Origin: a bacterium
GTDB lineage: Bacteria; Zixibacteria; MSB-5A5; GN15; FEB-12
Length of the DNA: 55,318 nt
Assembly: GCA_024230675.1 (NCBI GenBank)
Contig: JAAERE010000079.1
Coordinates: forward strand, 1 to 55,318
Direction of reading: 5' to 3'
The position numbers were made by a program, and so were the translations under genes. How positions within the stretch are numbered: the first letter of the stretch is position 1; each line of letters starts with the position of its first letter. Of this stretch, positions 17,772 through 27,084 are shown piece by piece. The notes below the pieces were generated by a model. The model was not told where the DNA came from. It made no database searches and was given only the letters and a program-made list of their open reading frames with translations.

Positions 17772-19019
17772 TCAGGGTTTTTCCAATTCTAACTTCTCGA
17801 ATTCATCCCAATCAACCACCACTTCGTCGCCATCGGCGAGCGTAATGATGATCCCCTTGTTGTCTTCGTCCACGTCGTTGGAGCCGCGCAGACGGAAAGT
17901 ACGACCATCCCAGACAGTCACTTCCGCGGAGCGGTAGGAATTCTTCTCAATCTGTTTGATAAGCCCGAATTCTATATCGTACTCGAGATCTCTATACTCA
18001 CCGTCAATGATTTCCCAGGTGTACTCCTCGTCGCTGTCCCAAATGATGGTTCCCTTGTAGGAGTCTCCGTCTTCCGTGAACACCGTACCTTTGAGCAAAC
18101 GGCCGCCGTCGAACTGGTCATAAGTTACGTGACTGGGGATGTCCTTAAACACCAGTTCTTCAAACTCGTCCCATTGGACCCGGACCTGTCCGAAACCGGG
18201 GTCGGAAATGATGATACCGCGATTGTCGTTGTCGACGTCGTTGCTGCCGCGAAGGACCATCTCATCCCCGTTCTTGAGGACCAACTGAGCGCCGCTTGAA
18301 CTGTAGCGGCTGATCGATTGGACCGTACCGAATTTGACTTTGCGTTTGCGTCTTTTCTCGTTGCCGTCAATAACATCGGATGTGAACAGCTCGTCTACAT
18401 CCCAGCAGACGAACCCCGTGAACTCGTCGCCGCGCCGCGTGGTCAGGGTACCGTATAGACGTTCTCCCAGGCTGGATTCCATCCCCCCCCTGGTGTCCTC
18501 AAACTCGATCTTCTCGATATCGTCCCAGGAAAACTCGATTTCACCCTCATCGCGTTCCTCCAGAAGGATCTCCCGGATTCCGGAACCGATGTCCGTGGAA
18601 TTGTCGGAGAGCTCAACTTCGTGGCCGGACTTCAGAGTCAGCAGCACCCGATCGTCGTCGATCACTTCCATCGTCTTGATGTGTCCGAACCTCATGCCGG
18701 ATTCGGCAGAACCGGTCCACCTGAAATCGTTGTCCGACTCGCCGATCTTGACCCCGAATATCTTTATGGACTTTCTGCGCTCGCCGTATTTCCGCCGCTC
18801 GCTGGCGCGATTGCGGTAGTTGCTGCGAAGCTCCTTGGTGCCGTTCAGGATGTCCACCCAGTGGGCTTCGTTTTTGTCCCACCTGATCATTCCCTCGAAA
18901 GTATCACCGTCGACCGTGTAGATCGTTCCGTAGAGCCGGCCGTTGTCTTCGGCCGCCGCCAGCGATGCCAAGCCCAGCAGAAGAAGAGTGGTCGCTGCTG
19001 TCAGTAGTCCGGTCCTCAT
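17772..19019 (-). CDS. Secreted protein of unknown function built from three tandem ~110-150-aa modules
   Basis: 415 aa. Signal peptide ...GLASLAAAED. Each motif recurs three times: RLYGTIYTVDGDTFEGMIRWD / RLYGTLTTRRGDEFTGFVCWD / RLLKGTVFTEDGDSYKGTIIWD, and WDDIEKIEF / WDEFEELVF / WDEFEKLEL. Confidence 0.65.
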   Translation of the reverse strand: MRTGLLTAATTLLLLGLASLAAAEDNGRLYGTIYTVDGDTFEGMIRWDKNEAHWVDILNGTKELRSNYRNRASERRKYGERRKSIKIFGVKIGESDNDFRWTGSAESGMRFGHIKTMEVIDDDRVLLTLKSGHEVELSDNSTDIGSGIREILLEERDEGEIEFSWDDIEKIEFEDTRGGMESSLGERLYGTLTTRRGDEFTGFVCWDVDELFTSDVIDGNEKRRKRKVKFGTVQSISRYSSSGAQLVLKNGDEMVLRGSNDVDNDNRGIIISDPGFGQVRVQWDEFEELVFKDIPSHVTYDQFDGGRLLKGTVFTEDGDSYKGTIIWDSDEEYTWEIIDGEYRDLEYDIEFGLIKQIEKNSYRSAEVTVWDGRTFRLRGSNDVDEDNKGIIITLADGDEVVVDWDEFEKLELEKP

Positions 19020-19139
19020 AATTCATCCCTTCAATGTGCAATACTATACCTGCTAATCTACTACGAGAATGGACCGGAAATGTTCTGTTCCACAGCGAGT
19101 CTGCGAACAAAAAACGCCATAAAAATGGAATATGACCGG

Positions 19140-22004
19140 CTACTTGATGAGAAGCATCTTGCGCGTGAGCGAGGTCTCGGCCGTCCGCAGACGGTAGAAG
19201 TAGACTCCGGTGGGGGCTGCATTTCCTCCGGTCAACCGCCCCTCCCAGACAACAGAATGCTGACCGGCGGGAAGCGGCCTTGAAACCAGCGAACGGACCT
19301 TCTGACCCAGGACGTTGAAGACCTCAATGTCAACCACAGCTTTAGATGGAAGCTGGAATTCTATGACTGTGGATGGGTTGAAAGGATTGGGGTAGTTCTG
19401 AGAGAGGGCATATTCTATCGGAAGGTTGCTGTCGCCATCATCGCCCACGGCAGTGGGACTGTCTACGCGAATGTCCCCCGGCACAACCGACGGCAACAGC
19501 CAGACGTCGGAAACGTCCACCAGATAGGGCGAGAGGCCTTCGAGGTTTGGCTTGTCGACGACGAAAAACCCTCCCTGTCCCCGACCGCTGAAATGAATCT
19601 CAGCAGCGTTGTATCTACCGGGAGTGAGAGAAGTGTCCGATACTGAACGATCCATCTTGAGGATGAATATGCCGGCTATCGTGTCGGTCTCTGTCTCCAC
19701 CCCCAACAAGGGCGCCAGACCGCTGTCGAGCACGACCGAATCAATGGTGATCAAATTCGGATCGAAGGCAATCGGCAAGAAGACCGTGCGCACGCTGGAT
19801 GTGAGAACAAGTTCGACCGGCAGGAAACCGCTTCCGTTCGCGGGGATCTGTTCTGAGCCGAAAATCACCGTATCGTTCGATGAAAGCAGATACTCCAGAA
19901 TGAACGGCAGACGTTCCACCGGGTTGAAAGCGGCGTTATCTACTATCTCAACCCAGGTCTCGTGATATCCGGACGAAAGGCCTGCGGTGTCTATGGTGAG
20001 ATGGATAGTATCACCGTCGGTACCCGAGTTTCGGTCCAGCTGGAGCCACGGATTATTCACGCCAGCGGTCCAATTGAGCGTCCCGACTCCGGCGTTGGAC
20101 ACTACCGTAAGGTAGTCAACGTCTATGGGATAACTCGCAGAAATCTTAATGCTGTCCGGCTCGAGCAGAATATACGGCACATCGTCGTAGACATCGATAA
20201 CCGCCCACGTCGTTTCGGGATTATTAGCTGCTTCCGGGGCCGTGATTATAATCGGCTCGGCGTAGCTACCGGCGGTGAGGTTATAGGCAGAGGCCCAGAC
20301 TTCAACAGAAGTTTCGTCAAGGTCGGAGTAGGACGACAGTCGCAGCCACGGGGCGGTCTCGATCGCCGACCAGACCAGCGCGCCGGCACCGGCGTTGGCG
20401 ATCGCCAACTGTTTGCTGGTCGAATCGTTGATTCCCGCAAAGGCACGATATTGAAGAGTATCCTCGGAAAGCTCAATAATCGGCGCGGTCACATCCAGGC
20501 GTACCGTGACAACCATCGATGAATCATCGTTATCGAGGTCAAACAGCGTGAGGAAACCATAGTACGTCCCGAACGGCAGAGTGTCCGTGGTAATCGACAC
20601 CGAGACCTCCGCCAGCGTAACACCGGAGGTCGGAGCTGCTGAGAGCCAATCGGCCGAGGTGATCAATTCGAAGCGTATAGGATTGTATCCGGCGTGGTCA
20701 ATCTCCAACGTCTGATTTGGCGGCGCCGGATCACCCTCAAGCATCTCAAATTGCATGGATGCGGGCGAAGGTATCAGAGTCGGATCGTTGTATTTGGCAA
20801 TGGAGGCATAGATATCAAAATCGCCGTTACGTTTATCAGACCAGGTGATGTAGCGATAGCGGCCGTCGAGAGCGACATCGGGGTGCAATTGCGAAGAATC
20901 CCCGTCGGTGTTCGCCTGGAAATTGGCCTCACGAATCACGCCTTCGACATCGATCATCTGACCGACAATATCCCATGAGGAGGCCGTTGAGTCGGCCCAG
21001 ATGATAGCGACGTTGCCCCGCCGGTCGGCGGCGATGCTCGGCTGCCGTTGGGCCCGGACCGTGCCGTCCTTGTTGACCCGCATGTCTCCTGTAACAGCCA
21101 CAAGGTTAGTGTCGAATTTTCGCGCGTAGATATCCGGGTTGCTGGGATAGGCGCCGTGCCGCCAGTCGACCCACACCACGGTGAAGTGACCGGCACCGTC
21201 GGTGGCAACGTCGGGAAAAGCCTGACGCACATCGGTGACGTCGGAGTTGATCTTGAGATTGTTCCCGAGCGGGTTGGCCAGCGAGTCGTATCTCTGAGCG
21301 TAGATATCGTCGTTGCCGCGACGATTATCGTACCAGGTGACTGCAAACCAACCTTCGGGCGAGACCGCCACTCTTGGAGCGTGCTGCTGAGCCGACCCGA
21401 CGTCGGTATTGACCTTGAAATTCGAACCGACCAGAGCGCCGCCGGCAGTGATCATCTGGGCGTAGATATCCCAATTGCTGTTGCGATAATCCGCCCACAC
21501 CAGCATGCCTCCGCCCCACGGCGAGAGGGCTATATCCGGCGTCTCCTTGAAGGCGCCCGGAGCGGCGCCGGTCATATCGAAGTTTGCGCCTACCGGCGAC
21601 AGGGCAGTGTCGAAACGCTGAAAAAACAGATCGGGATCAAAGGGGTACTCGCTGTTACGATAATCTTTCCAGACACAGGAATACAGACCGGTGCGATCAA
21701 CTGCCAGGGCCAATTCGGATTGATAAGCCCCGGCCGTGTCATCGTTGACGCGGACGTTCGCCTCCAAAGCGGCACCTTCGATATCGTACCTTTGGAGGTA
21801 GATATCGCTGGAGCCATCGCGAGAATCAACCCAGGCAATGACAAAGCCGCTTTCGCCGGCCACGGCTATGCGCGGGTTTTTCTGTTCGGTCCGGGAGCCG
21901 TCGTCATTGACGAGAAAATCGGTCTTGTCTGCCAGCGCGGGCAGACTGCACACCAATGTTAATGCGACGGTCGCACAGAGTCTTTTGATTCCGGTAGTTT
22001 TCAC
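19140..22004 (-). CDS. Secreted surface protein: seven ~52-aa propeller-like (PD40/TolB-like) repeats, Ig-like middle region, T9SS-type (FlgD-Ig-like) C-terminal sorting domain
   Basis: CTD reads QNYPNPFNPSTVIEFQLP...VFNVLGQKV...GQHSVVWEGR...GVYFYRLRT...MLLIK. Repeat anchors: DIYLQRYD, DLFFQRFD, DIYAQMIT, DIYAQRYD, DIYARKFD, DIVGQMID, DIYASIAK. The start is uncertain. The GTG at 22004 gives the signal peptide (M)KTTGIKRLCATVALTLVCSLPALA. The track start at 22067 is a TTG and would place a strong hairpin inside the coding region. Confidence 0.75.
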   Translation of the reverse strand: MKTTGIKRLCATVALTLVCSLPALADKTDFLVNDDGSRTEQKNPRIAVAGESGFVIAWVDSRDGSSDIYLQRYDIEGAALEANVRVNDDTAGAYQSELALAVDRTGLYSCVWKDYRNSEYPFDPDLFFQRFDTALSPVGANFDMTGAAPGAFKETPDIALSPWGGGMLVWADYRNSNWDIYAQMITAGGALVGSNFKVNTDVGSAQQHAPRVAVSPEGWFAVTWYDNRRGNDDIYAQRYDSLANPLGNNLKINSDVTDVRQAFPDVATDGAGHFTVVWVDWRHGAYPSNPDIYARKFDTNLVAVTGDMRVNKDGTVRAQRQPSIAADRRGNVAIIWADSTASSWDIVGQMIDVEGVIREANFQANTDGDSSQLHPDVALDGRYRYITWSDKRNGDFDIYASIAKYNDPTLIPSPASMQFEMLEGDPAPPNQTLEIDHAGYNPIRFELITSADWLSAAPTSGVTLAEVSVSITTDTLPFGTYYGFLTLFDLDNDDSSMVVTVRLDVTAPIIELSEDTLQYRAFAGINDSTSKQLAIANAGAGALVWSAIETAPWLRLSSYSDLDETSVEVWASAYNLTAGSYAEPIIITAPEAANNPETTWAVIDVYDDVPYILLEPDSIKISASYPIDVDYLTVVSNAGVGTLNWTAGVNNPWLQLDRNSGTDGDTIHLTIDTAGLSSGYHETWVEIVDNAAFNPVERLPFILEYLLSSNDTVIFGSEQIPANGSGFLPVELVLTSSVRTVFLPIAFDPNLITIDSVVLDSGLAPLLGVETETDTIAGIFILKMDRSVSDTSLTPGRYNAAEIHFSGRGQGGFFVVDKPNLEGLSPYLVDVSDVWLLPSVVPGDIRVDSPTAVGDDGDSNLPIEYALSQNYPNPFNPSTVIEFQLPSKAVVDIEVFNVLGQKVRSLVSRPLPAGQHSVVWEGRLTGGNAAPTGVYFYRLRTAETSLTRKMLLIK

Positions 22005-22029
22005 CGTCGAAGAGTAAGGCAACAAGAAT

Positions 22030-22049
22030 GCCCACCCGACCGGGTGGGC
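22030..22049 (-). terminator. Strong GC hairpin, possible terminator of the HU / bS22-like transcription unit
   Basis: GCCCACCCG-AC-CGGGTGGGC. On the minus strand it is followed by AUUCUUGUUGCC. It lies 148 nt downstream of the bS22-like stop codon. Confidence 0.4.
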
Positions 22050-22196
22050 AAATATTCTTGATATCAAATGACAACCCGTTGGCTATGCGAGCCTTACAGA
22101 TTGCATCCCCGATGGTGACCGTCTGAGGGGGGTCTGTTGGTGTCCCTCCTGAGGAAATTAGTTCCAGAATCCAGCGGATAGTTTTTCCGTTATCGC

Positions 22197-22292
22197 CTAG
22201 ACCTTTTTCTTTTTGTGACGGTTAGCGCGTCTGCGCTTTTTCCGCTTGTGCGTCTTAATCTTCTGACGCTTCCGCTTTTTTCCGCTGGGCAT
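22197..22292 (-). CDS. 31-aa Lys/Arg-rich peptide resembling ribosomal protein bS22 (AURKAIP1/COX24-domain small proteins)
   Basis: My own translation gives MPSGKKRKRQKIKTHKRKKRRRANRHKKKKV*. The strong SD GGAGGA lies 3-4 nt before the ATG at 22292. The ORF starts 27 nt downstream of the HU-family gene. It is below the size threshold of the supplied ORF track. Confidence 0.7.
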   Translation of the reverse strand: MPSGKKRKRQKIKTHKRKKRRRANRHKKKKV

Positions 22293-22319
22293 CTATCCTC
22301 CGTTAGGACTGTTGCACAC

Positions 22320-22604
22320 TCAGATGGACAACTTGGTTATCATGTTCTTGAACTCGTTGGACGGCTTGAAGACCGGCACTTTACGATCCGGAACCGGTAC
22401 CACTTCCCCGGTGCGGGGGTTACGGGCCTTGCGGGCCTTACGTAACTTGATTTTGAAGGTACCAAAGCCGCGGATTTCGATGTTGTGTCCGCCCTCGACT
22501 GATTTTTTCACAGTGTCGAGAAATGAGTCGACGACAACCGCAACATCGGTACGCGTGAGCCCCGTTCTCTCGGCAACTTTTTCGACCAGATCAGCTTTAG
22601 TCAC
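22320..22604 (-). CDS. HU/IHF-family nucleoid-associated DNA-binding protein
   Basis: I start the gene at the GTG at 22604, preceded by GGGAGGA, giving (M)TKADLVEKVAERTGLTRTDV... The beta-arm reads RGFGTFKIKLRKARKARNPRTGEVVPVPDRKVPVFKPS. The track start at 22622 is a TTG. Confidence 0.88.
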   Translation of the reverse strand: MTKADLVEKVAERTGLTRTDVAVVVDSFLDTVKKSVEGGHNIEIRGFGTFKIKLRKARKARNPRTGEVVPVPDRKVPVFKPSNEFKNMITKLSI

Positions 22605-22794
22605 GTCATCCTCCCTCAACAAGTCTCTCTATGTACTATCTCTCTTCTTATCCTGTTTGGCTCCGCCGTCTTCCGACCGGCACAAGTGCGAGCTCGACCG
22701 ATAAGCTGTTGGGACAGCAGAAGATAATAAAAACTTCTTCCAAGAAAAGGAAAATTTGCTATTTCCTTGATATTTTTTTGCGGTAATCCGGGCC

Positions 22795-23697
22795 CTATTG
22801 GTATAGATACATCAGGCTCGGCCCCACCTCAGTACCCTGGACCTGCCGTTCAAACCGCCCCATGAAGCCTCCCAGCAGGTCAAAAATCGACGTCTGGTCC
22901 CGTCGCCGTGGTCTGACCACATTGGGCTCCCCTTCCAGCTCGGCCAGATCAGCAGCCAGCTCGATAGCGTCTCTGAGACCTCCCAGCGTATCCACCAGAC
23001 CCAGGTTATAGGCCTGAAGGCCGGTAAAAATCGAGCCGTCGGCCAGCGGATACACCTCTTCCTTCTCCATATCCCGGCCCTCGGCAACAACTTCGACGAA
23101 CTGCTCGTAACCGTCCATAATCACCGAACGGAGCATCAGCTCTTCCCGCTTCGTCATCTCCCGGGCATACGTCCCTACATCCTTGAGTTCGCCGGATTTG
23201 ATCGTCTCCATGCCGATTCCCAGCTTCTCCATAAGATCCTTGTAGGTGTGGAAAGACATGACGGTCCCGATCGACCCCGTCAGGGTACCGGGGTTAGCGA
23301 TCACACGGTCGGCCGCACAGGCTATGTAGTAACCGCCCGATGCTGCCACAGCTCCCATGGCCACCACCACCGGCTTTTCTTCTCGAATCCTGAGGATGGC
23401 GTCATGAAGCTCTTGTGAAATGGAGACGCCTCCGCCTGGAGATTCGACGTGTATGACCACCGCTTTTATCGAACGGTTGTCCTCCCAACGATCCAACTGG
23501 CGAATCACGGGGCGCCCTGAATACTCATCCATGACCCCGAACATTTCGACAACAGCGACCGATCCACCCAGGCCGACGAACTGAAGATCACCGTCCCCGG
23601 AGAACATGCCTACCATCAGGATCAGAAAGAAGATCGAAACCACGGCGAACGAGCCGATGATGACAACCGCAATTACGACATCACGTTTCCTGGCCAT
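22795..23697 (-). CDS. sppA: Signal peptide peptidase SppA, 36K type (peptidase S49)
   Basis: 300 aa. N-terminal TM, then IKAVVIHVESPGGGV, AASGGYYIACAADRVIANPGTLTGSIG. Confidence 0.88.
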   Translation of the reverse strand: MARKRDVVIAVVIIGSFAVVSIFFLILMVGMFSGDGDLQFVGLGGSVAVVEMFGVMDEYSGRPVIRQLDRWEDNRSIKAVVIHVESPGGGVSISQELHDAILRIREEKPVVVAMGAVAASGGYYIACAADRVIANPGTLTGSIGTVMSFHTYKDLMEKLGIGMETIKSGELKDVGTYAREMTKREELMLRSVIMDGYEQFVEVVAEGRDMEKEEVYPLADGSIFTGLQAYNLGLVDTLGGLRDAIELAADLAELEGEPNVVRPRRRDQTSIFDLLGGFMGRFERQVQGTEVGPSLMYLYQ

Positions 23698-23708
23698 ACT
23701 CCGCCCCG

Positions 23709-26012
23709 CTACTTGACGTTAATCCTGAGCTTATATCCTACCGGAATATTGTCCGGATCGGTAAGGTGATTGGCCGCTAGAATCCTGGCGATAGTCGTCC
23801 TGTACTTCTTGGCGATCCGGCTAAGATTGTCGCCTCTTCTGACCTTGTAAATGACGTATTCGGAACCGCCCCCGCCGGCGACTGTCAGGACCTGCCCGGG
23901 ATAGATGCGGCTGGAACGACCAAGGCCGTTGAGGTTGCGAAGTTTCGAAGTGGTCGTCCCGAACTTGCGTGCGATATCCCAAAGCGTATCGCCGGAGCGA
24001 ACTTTGTATTTCGAGGTATCACCGGACGAGGACGACTTGGCGGAGCTTTGATTCGAAGCGTAGGTCTTGCCGGAAGACGAACTATTAAGCTCTTTGAACC
24101 GGGAGGCGCTGGAAGGAATCTTCAGGCGCTGGCCAACATATATACGCGATCCCCGTTCAATGTAGTTCACACGCCGGAGAGCGTCGACAGAAGTACCGAA
24201 CACCCGCGCCAGATCCCACAGGTTGTCGCCGGAACGAATGGTGTAGATAGAATTCTCTGCGCGATAGTCGCGCTTAGCACTCTTACTGGAATACTCACGG
24301 TCAAGCGGCACCGGTACAATTAGCTTCTTGCCGGCATAGATACGTGAGCGTCGGCTCAGGTTGTTGGACTCGAAAACTGCGTATTGGGACACACCGTACT
24401 TAGCAGCGATTGTGCTGACCGTCTCCCCTTTCCTGATCTTATGCTGCACCCAACTGGTTTCCTTGGGTGACGGCATGCCGTCGTATGCGGCCAGGAACTT
24501 CGGTTTGGAACCGACGGGAATCTTGAGCTGATATTTCTTATCGTTGGGCGGCGTGTAATTTCGCAGGAGCTCCGGGTTGAGGTTTTTGAGCGTCTTCACA
24601 TCGCAACCAATTTCCTTGGCGACGACCTTTAGCTCCAGACACTTGTCGATCTTGACCTCATCCCATACAACCGGCGACTCGTGCACGATGTCATAAAAAC
24701 CATACCGCTCGGGGTCTTTGGAGATAATGGCAGCGGCATAGATCAGGGGGACATAGTCCATTGTCTGGCGTTTGAGCTTCATTTTCCAGAAATCTATCGT
24801 GCCCTGCTTTTTGATTGTCCTGCTGACCCGGCCCGGTCCGCCGTTGTAAGCGGCCATCGCCAGTTCCCAATCGCCGAACTGCTTGTAGAGGTCCCTCAGG
24901 AAGCGGCAGGCGGCGTCGGTGGCTTTCACCGGGTCCTTGCGCTCATCTATCCACCAGTTGCGGTTAAGACCGTAACTACGGCCGGTCGAGGAGATGAACT
25001 GCCAGAGGCCCATAGCCCGCGCCCAAGAATAGGCGTTGGGATTGAAGCCGGACTCAACCAGCGAAAGATAAACAAGATCTTCCGGGAGTCCGTACTTTCG
25101 AATCGTCTCGCGATAAAGCGCGTCGTACCTCTGAGAGCGGCGAAGATACTTTTTGAATTGTTCTTTGGCCACCGTTTGGAAGTAAATGACGGAACTCTTC
25201 ACCCGATCGTTCATCTTGACCGGAAGATCGTAGGTGATCGGCTTAACTTCCTGTGAAAACACGACCATGGAATCGTGCCCGAGCCGTTCCTCCAATTCGC
25301 CGTACCGCTCAACCATCACGTACGGAGTGACCTCTCCCTCAAGCTGCCCCAGCGAGCGCAGGGCCACGCGATAATCTGCTATGGTGTTGCTCAGAAGCGT
25401 CGTGTATTTGACAGCCTCCGGCGTTACAACCGTGTCCGGCTCGATATCGAGCGAGGCAAGAATCTTGATTGCCTTCTCGAAATAATACTGTGCCTCTTCC
25501 CAACTGGCTTCACGGTTTGCTACCACGCCCATAGAGTGGTATTCCTCGGCCAGATCGAACATCCGCCAGACATCGTCGTCAACCGCCGAGGCGGAGTCTT
25601 CGTTTTCGCCCAACGCATACTGCTCGTGCAGCGCGAACGAACCGTGATCCGCCGTACTCTCAAGCCACGATCCCTCGGACTCCTTCGCGGCAGAACGCCG
25701 GCTCGGAGATATCGGTTTGGGCTTGGTTGACTCGACCGCGGTTACTTTTTCAGCCGGTTTTTCGCTGTCTTTTCTGTCTTTGTTCTTGTCTTTGTCGAAA
25801 TTGTAGGCCAGAGGACGTTCAGGCGTTGCCTTCTCTTCTTCGGCGGAGGACTCAGTTTTCGCCGGTTCCCCTGAAGTCTTTTCGGGTTTGTCACCGTAGA
25901 CCTGAGGTGCCGCGCCGGAATGCTTGCCGACGCAGGAGACCAGGAAGGCCATAGCTGCCATAAGGGTCATCAGAGTGAGGAGGTGTCTGAGAGAACTGTT
26001 CGACCGAATCAT
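23709..26012 (-). CDS. Membrane-bound lytic murein transglycosylase D-like (SLT domain + four LysM domains)
   Basis: 767 aa. SLT catalytic motif LSLVESGFNPNAYSWARAMGLWQF. LysM units HKIRKGETVSTIAAKYGV, YTIRSGDNLWDLARVFGT, YKVRSGDTLWDIARKFGT, YKVRRGDNLSRIAKKYRT. Confidence 0.88.
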   Translation of the reverse strand: MIRSNSSLRHLLTLMTLMAAMAFLVSCVGKHSGAAPQVYGDKPEKTSGEPAKTESSAEEEKATPERPLAYNFDKDKNKDRKDSEKPAEKVTAVESTKPKPISPSRRSAAKESEGSWLESTADHGSFALHEQYALGENEDSASAVDDDVWRMFDLAEEYHSMGVVANREASWEEAQYYFEKAIKILASLDIEPDTVVTPEAVKYTTLLSNTIADYRVALRSLGQLEGEVTPYVMVERYGELEERLGHDSMVVFSQEVKPITYDLPVKMNDRVKSSVIYFQTVAKEQFKKYLRRSQRYDALYRETIRKYGLPEDLVYLSLVESGFNPNAYSWARAMGLWQFISSTGRSYGLNRNWWIDERKDPVKATDAACRFLRDLYKQFGDWELAMAAYNGGPGRVSRTIKKQGTIDFWKMKLKRQTMDYVPLIYAAAIISKDPERYGFYDIVHESPVVWDEVKIDKCLELKVVAKEIGCDVKTLKNLNPELLRNYTPPNDKKYQLKIPVGSKPKFLAAYDGMPSPKETSWVQHKIRKGETVSTIAAKYGVSQYAVFESNNLSRRSRIYAGKKLIVPVPLDREYSSKSAKRDYRAENSIYTIRSGDNLWDLARVFGTSVDALRRVNYIERGSRIYVGQRLKIPSSASRFKELNSSSSGKTYASNQSSAKSSSSGDTSKYKVRSGDTLWDIARKFGTTTSKLRNLNGLGRSSRIYPGQVLTVAGGGGSEYVIYKVRRGDNLSRIAKKYRTTIARILAANHLTDPDNIPVGYKLRINVK

Positions 26013-26112
26013 GTGATCCTTCCTGTGCCTGAGGAGACTATCATACTGTTCCCCTGTTGCTATCGGTCCGAGCGCCGGGTTCCTTTAGGCGCTCTATGGC
26101 TAAGTGGTTGCC

Positions 26113-26141
26113 ATATAACAAATAGTAAAAGCGACTGTCAA
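26113..26141 (-). promoter_or_regulatory. Sigma-70-like promoter candidate for the MltD-like gene
   Basis: Minus strand reads TTGACA (26141-26136), a 17-nt spacer, then TTATAT (26118-26113). It starts 5 nt after the miaA stop codon. Confidence 0.45.
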
Positions 26142-26145
26142 GTTT

Positions 26146-27084
26146 TTACTGCCCGGGCTGCCCGTCAATTGCGTTTTGGCTCAGGGCGGCCAGCATTACG
26201 CCCGATTCCTCAAAAAAACGGCAATCCGCTTGATGACGGAACCAAGTTATCTGGCGCTTGGCGTAACGCCGAGAATTCTGCTTAATCGCGGCTATCGCCT
26301 GATCCAGACCGGCTTCACCGTCCAGATAATCCAGCAGCTCCGCGTATCCGATAACGTTGGCCAGCCTGATTCGTTCAGTGAAACCTTCCCGAACAAGTGT
26401 CTCTATCTCGCCCAGAAGTCCCTGGGACATCATCTGATCAACCCGAGCCTCAATAACTTCGTACAAACGGGCACGGGGTGGCACCAGACAGAAATAGTCA
26501 AAAAAATGACCACTTCTTTTGTACGTACCTGACGCAGTCAGGGCTGACTTTGTTTTCCCGGTCAGCTCAAAAACCTCCAGGCTCCGAATTACGCGAACCT
26601 TGTTGTGCGGATGCACGCGCGCCGCCTCTTCCGGGTCAACCGCCGCCAACCGGGCGTGCATTTCCTCGGCGCCCAGCCTCTCCATATCCTCCTCCAGTCG
26701 GGCGCGAACTTCGGGACTGTCGGTGTCGATTTGGACAACGCCCTCGCTGAGGGCTCGAAGATACAGCCCCGTGCCACCCACCACGAGCGGCATGCGATCG
26801 CGGCTGAGAATGTCGTCGATGCACAGCTCGGCATCTTCGAGGAATCTGTAAGCCGAATAGCGCTCGCCCGGCTCGACAATATCGACAAGATGGAAAGGCA
26901 CCCTCGCCTGTTCCTCGGAAGTGGGCTTGGCGGTACCTATGTCCAGATGCTTGACAATCTGCCGCGAGTCGGCAGAGATGATCTCTACCGGGAAGTCTTG
27001 CGCCAGTCTTACGGCCACACCCGTCTTGCCGGCCCCGGTCGGGCCGCAAATGATAGGGATTCTGTTTGCGTCAGCCGCGCCCAA
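26146..27084 (-). CDS. miaA: tRNA dimethylallyltransferase MiaA
   Basis: 312 aa. P-loop ICGPTGAGKTGVA, SADSRQIVKHLDIGTAKP, GGTGLYLRAL. Overlaps the mutL 3' end by 14 nt. Confidence 0.93.
   Translation of the reverse strand: MGAADANRIPIICGPTGAGKTGVAVRLAQDFPVEIISADSRQIVKHLDIGTAKPTSEEQARVPFHLVDIVEPGERYSAYRFLEDAELCIDDILSRDRMPLVVGGTGLYLRALSEGVVQIDTDSPEVRARLEEDMERLGAEEMHARLAAVDPEEAARVHPHNKVRVIRSLEVFELTGKTKSALTASGTYKRSGHFFDYFCLVPPRARLYEVIEARVDQMMSQGLLGEIETLVREGFTERIRLANVIGYAELLDYLDGEAGLDQAIAAIKQNSRRYAKRQITWFRHQADCRFFEESGVMLAALSQNAIDGQPGQ

Noticed and set aside
22068-22196. The 129-nt stretch between the bS22-like stop and the downstream gene. It contains an SD-like AGGAGGG and short hairpins, so it might hold a small ORF or an ncRNA.
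   Set aside because: No start codon lies at a suitable distance from the SD-like element. The only ATG opens a 4-codon ORF. The hairpins are short (4-5 bp). I cannot support a feature without covariation data.
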